A DNA stretch of 64,000 nt, taken from contig CAVWIP010000018.1 in assembly GCA_963755125.1 (NCBI GenBank), positions 1-64,000 of the forward strand. Direction: 5' to 3'. The DNA comes from an uncultured delta proteobacterium. Lineage in GTDB: Bacteria > Myxococcota_A > Polyangia > Fen-1088. The notes below the pieces were generated by a model. That model was not told where the DNA came from, did not search any database, and saw nothing but the letters and a program-made list of their open reading frames with translations. Positions 60,985 through 64,000 of the stretch are shown piece by piece (the stretch's first letter is position 1; each line of letters opens with the position of its first letter). A program made the position numbers and the translations under genes.

Positions 60985-62898
60985 TCACTTGTAGCTCCGC
61001 TGCGCGAGATGGACGTTCTCGAAACTGAGCGGCTCGGTGTGGCGGAGCGGCTCTTGGTCCTCGCCCTTGTGCTCCCACACCGCCACATGGGCGAAGCGCG
61101 CGTCGTCGCGCCGGGCCTCGCCATCCGGGGTTTGATGCTCTTGCCGGAAGTGCCCGCCGCAGGATTCCTCGCGCAGAAGCGCGTCCCGGCACAGCAGCTC
61201 GGCGAATTCGAGAAAATCCCCCACGCGGCCCGCGGTTTCCAGCGACTGGTTTAGTTCCTCGGGACCGCCCGGCACCATCACCTCGCGCCAGAACTGTTCG
61301 CGCAGCTCGGGGATGCGTGCCAAGGCTTCCTTCAGCCCGGCCGCCGTCCGCGCCATGCCACAGTTTTCCCAGAGCAACTTGCCCAGTTCGCGATGAAATG
61401 AAGTTGCGGTTCGCTTGCCTTTGCGAGCGACTAGTCGATTGGTCCGCTCGTTGACCTGCGCCTTGGCGGCAGCGAATTCCGGCTTGTCGGTCGACACCGC
61501 CCCGGCCTTGCTTGCGGCCAGGTAGCTGCCAACGGTATACGGGAGGACGAAGTAGCCGTCGGCCAGGCCTTGCATCAGCGCCGAGGCGCCCAGACGGTTG
61601 GCCCCGTGGTCGGAGAAGTTCGCCTCGCCCGCCACGAACAGGCCCGGGATGGTGCTCATCAGGTTGTAGTCGACCCACAGCCCGCCCATGGTGTAGTGCA
61701 CGGCCGGATAGATGCGCATGGGAACTTTGTAGGGGTTCTCCGCGGTGATCCGCTCGTACATGTCGAACAGGTTGCCGTAGCGTTCGCGCACCACGGCCTC
61801 GCCCTGGCGTGAAATGGCGTCGGAAAAATCCAGAAACACGCCGCGGCCGCCTGGCCCGACGCCACGGTTCTCGTCGCACACCGCCTTGGCCGCGCGGCTG
61901 GCCACGTCGCGCGGAACCAGATTGCCGAAGCTGGGATAGCGGCGTTCCAGATAGTAGTCGCGCTCGGCCTCCGGGATCTTGCCGGGCGGCCGCTGGTCGC
62001 CGGCGCGCAACGGAACCCACACACGGCCGTCGTTGCGCAACGACTCGCTCATCAACGTCAGCTTCGATTGGTGATCGCCGGTGACGGGAATGCACGTCGG
62101 ATGAATCTGGGTGAAGCACGGGTTGGCGAATCCGGCCCCGCGCTTGTGCGCGCGCCAGGTGGCGGTGACGTTGCAACCCTTGGCGTTGGTCGAAAGGTAG
62201 AACACGTTGCCATAGCCGCCGGTGGCCAGGATGACGGCGTCGGCGGCGTGCGTCTCGATCGCGCCGGACACCAAGTCGCGGGTCACGATGCCGCAGGCGC
62301 GTCCGTCGACCACCACCAAGTCTAGCATCTCGGTGCGCGGGAACATCTTGACCTGTCCCGTGGCAATCTGGCGCGACAGCGCCTGGTACGCGCCGAGAAG
62401 AAGCTGCTGCCCGGTCTGCCCGCGGGCATAGAAGGTGCGCGACACCTGGGCGCCGCCAAAGGAACGGTTGGCAAGCTGGCCGCCGTACTCGCGCGCAAAG
62501 GGAACGCCTTGGGCCGCACACTGATCGATGATGTGGTTCGATATCTGGGCCAGGCGATAGACGTTGTGCTCGCGCGCGCGGAAGTCGCCGCCCTTGATGG
62601 TGTCGTAGAACAGGCGTTGCACGCTGTCGCCGTCGTTCTGGTAGTTCTTGGCGGCGTTGATTCCCCCCTGCGCCGCGATGCTGTGCGCGCGGCGCGGACT
62701 GTCCTGGTAGCAGAAGCAGCGCACGTTGTAGCCCAGCTCGCCCAGCGACGCGGCCGCGGAGGCGCCGGCCAGGCCCGAACCCACCACGATGATCTGGTAG
62801 CGGCGCTTGTTGGCCGGATTGACCAGCTTGAGATCGAAACGATGGCGCTCCCAGGCGGTGTGAAGCGGCCCAGGGGGAAGGTTGGCTTTGAGTTCCAT
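60985..62898 (-). CDS. sdhA: Succinate dehydrogenase/fumarate reductase flavoprotein
   Basis: [29 protein letters not shown] and HGANRLG motifs. Confidence 0.97.
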   Translation of the reverse strand: MELKANLPPGPLHTAWERHRFDLKLVNPANKRRYQIIVVGSGLAGASAAASLGELGYNVRCFCYQDSPRRAHSIAAQGGINAAKNYQNDGDSVQRLFYDTIKGGDFRAREHNVYRLAQISNHIIDQCAAQGVPFAREYGGQLANRSFGGAQVSRTFYARGQTGQQLLLGAYQALSRQIATGQVKMFPRTEMLDLVVVDGRACGIVTRDLVSGAIETHAADAVILATGGYGNVFYLSTNAKGCNVTATWRAHKRGAGFANPCFTQIHPTCIPVTGDHQSKLTLMSESLRNDGRVWVPLRAGDQRPPGKIPEAERDYYLERRYPSFGNLVPRDVASRAAKAVCDENRGVGPGGRGVFLDFSDAISRQGEAVVRERYGNLFDMYERITAENPYKVPMRIYPAVHYTMGGLWVDYNLMSTIPGLFVAGEANFSDHGANRLGASALMQGLADGYFVLPYTVGSYLAASKAGAVSTDKPEFAAAKAQVNERTNRLVARKGKRTATSFHRELGKLLWENCGMARTAAGLKEALARIPELREQFWREVMVPGGPEELNQSLETAGRVGDFLEFAELLCRDALLREESCGGHFRQEHQTPDGEARRDDARFAHVAVWEHKGEDQEPLRHTEPLSFENVHLAQRSYK

Positions 62899-62904
62899 GG
62901 GTCC

Positions 62905-63570
62905 TTAGCCCCCGATCACGCGAAAGAACACCGCCGCGGGAGCCAGAGCCAGACCCACCGCAATCACCAGCGCAGCCACGCGGGCGAAGCCAAACAGCAG
63001 CGATTCCACCCGTCGGTGGCGCAGCCCGAGCGATTCGAACATGCTGTGCGCGCCGTGTAGAAGGTGCAGCCCGAGCAGGCTGACCGCGCCCACGTAGATC
63101 AGCGCCACCCAGCCCGTGCGGAAACCGTTGAGCATGTTGGCGTAGATGTCGCCCTGGATGAATCGGCCCGGCACCACGTTGTAGCCCCAGGTCAGATGCG
63201 CCAGGTGAAAGATCACAAAGGCGAGCAAGAACGGCCCCGAGTACTTCATGGTGCGGGCCGCGTAGCTCGCCCGAAGGTAGCGCCGGCTGCGATAGCCCAC
63301 CGGGCGCGCCGCCAGTTCCTGGAAATAGAGCAGGGTCGCGAAGGTGACGTGGACGATGGCAGAGAGCATGAGGCCGACACGAAAGGACCAGACCAGTGCC
63401 GCCGAGTAGTGCAGCAGGCGGCCGTACCCGTTGATAGTTTCCGGGCCTTTGAAGAAGAGCAGAGCCCCCGTAACATGCTCGACGCAAAACGCAAACAGAA
63501 ACACCCCCGACACCGCCATCAGAACCTTCTTTCCGATCGTCGATCGGAAAAATGGGATAAGACCGAACAT
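62905..63570 (-). CDS. sdhC: Succinate dehydrogenase cytochrome b subunit
   Basis: [13 protein letters not shown], heme-ligand His residues, five TM segments. Confidence 0.93.
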   Translation of the reverse strand: MFGLIPFFRSTIGKKVLMAVSGVFLFAFCVEHVTGALLFFKGPETINGYGRLLHYSAALVWSFRVGLMLSAIVHVTFATLLYFQELAARPVGYRSRRYLRASYAARTMKYSGPFLLAFVIFHLAHLTWGYNVVPGRFIQGDIYANMLNGFRTGWVALIYVGAVSLLGLHLLHGAHSMFESLGLRHRRVESLLFGFARVAALVIAVGLALAPAAVFFRVIGG

Positions 63571-63694
63571 CCAATAGCTCCTATCACATCTCCGCTTGCA
63601 ACGGTATGGTATAAACAAGACTAATGGAGTCCTTGTTTGCTCGTTCCCAGCCACATCCCGTGCTAGTTCTTGACCGCGACTTCCAGGAGAGCGC

Positions 63695-64000
63695 ATGAAT
63701 CAGACTAGCCCAGAGCGCCAGGGGAAAGGGACGGTGTTCGTCCGCCCGGAAATCTGCAAGGGCTGCTCGTTCTGCATCGATTTCTGTCCCACCCATTGCT
63801 TGGAGTTCACCAAGGACTTCAACGCCAAGGGGTACCACTTTCCCATCCTGACCCGGCCCGAGGACTGCAGCGGATGCGACCTGTGCGGCCTGTACTGCCC
63901 TGACTTCGCCATCTACGGCGAGCGATGGAAGGACATCGACGCGCGCCAGGCCAAGGGCGCCGTGCCAGCCCCGCCCGCCGCGCCAAAATCGCTGGCCGCG
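63695..64000 (+). CDS. 2x[4Fe-4S] ferredoxin, probably the delta subunit of a 2-oxoacid:ferredoxin oxidoreductase (runs off the window)
   Basis: AGGAG RBS; CKGCSFCIDFCP..FNAKGYH..CSGCDLCGLYCPDFAI. Confidence 0.88.
   Translation, partial: MNQTSPERQGKGTVFVRPEICKGCSFCIDFCPTHCLEFTKDFNAKGYHFPILTRPEDCSGCDLCGLYCPDFAIYGERWKDIDARQAKGAVPAPPAAPKSLAA

Noticed and set aside
60209..63574. 1121-aa ORF as a giant SdhB fusion
   Set aside because: Only the last 257 aa are SdhB. The rest is an off-frame read through sdhA and sdhC in GC-rich DNA.

Overview
The window is a mosaic and probably contains assembly joins. (1) 1-149 is an internal fragment of a glucan phosphorylase gene. (2) 147-6690 is a ~6.5 kb tandem array of a 32-bp satellite-like monomer. 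(3) 6765-7036 is the start of an NRPS condensation domain. (4) 7037-~21420 is a mid-GC accessory island, Chloroflexi/Anaerolineae-like by impression. It holds decayed IS elements, four toxin-antitoxin pairs, a SulP transporter, a MITE, short hairpin micro-insertions, and a family of ~99-bp palindromic elements that separate single genes like a cassette array and share their ends with a resident DDE transposase element. (5) ~21425-64000 is a high-GC Myxococcota-like segment with housekeeping genes (eda fragment, NtrC-type two-component pair, rplM-rpsI, SMUG1, RlhA-like U32 protein, sdhCAB). It also carries a 22-kb signalling locus: three mosaic Ser/Thr kinase-ATPase-TPR paralogues, an FHA sigma54 activator with perfect palindromic sites and a 59-aa target ORF, LuxR, S8 protease, kelch lipoprotein, an unannotated 22-aa precursor-like peptide (MKKTSGIKVKSRVRSGGGNWPK) and a TsrM-like B12 radical SAM enzyme. 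Best candidates for new systems are the IS-end-derived cassette array (19.1-20.6 kb) and the putative Trp-peptide RiPP/signalling locus (51.3-57.9 kb). All family assignments come from motif recognition by eye, not database searches.
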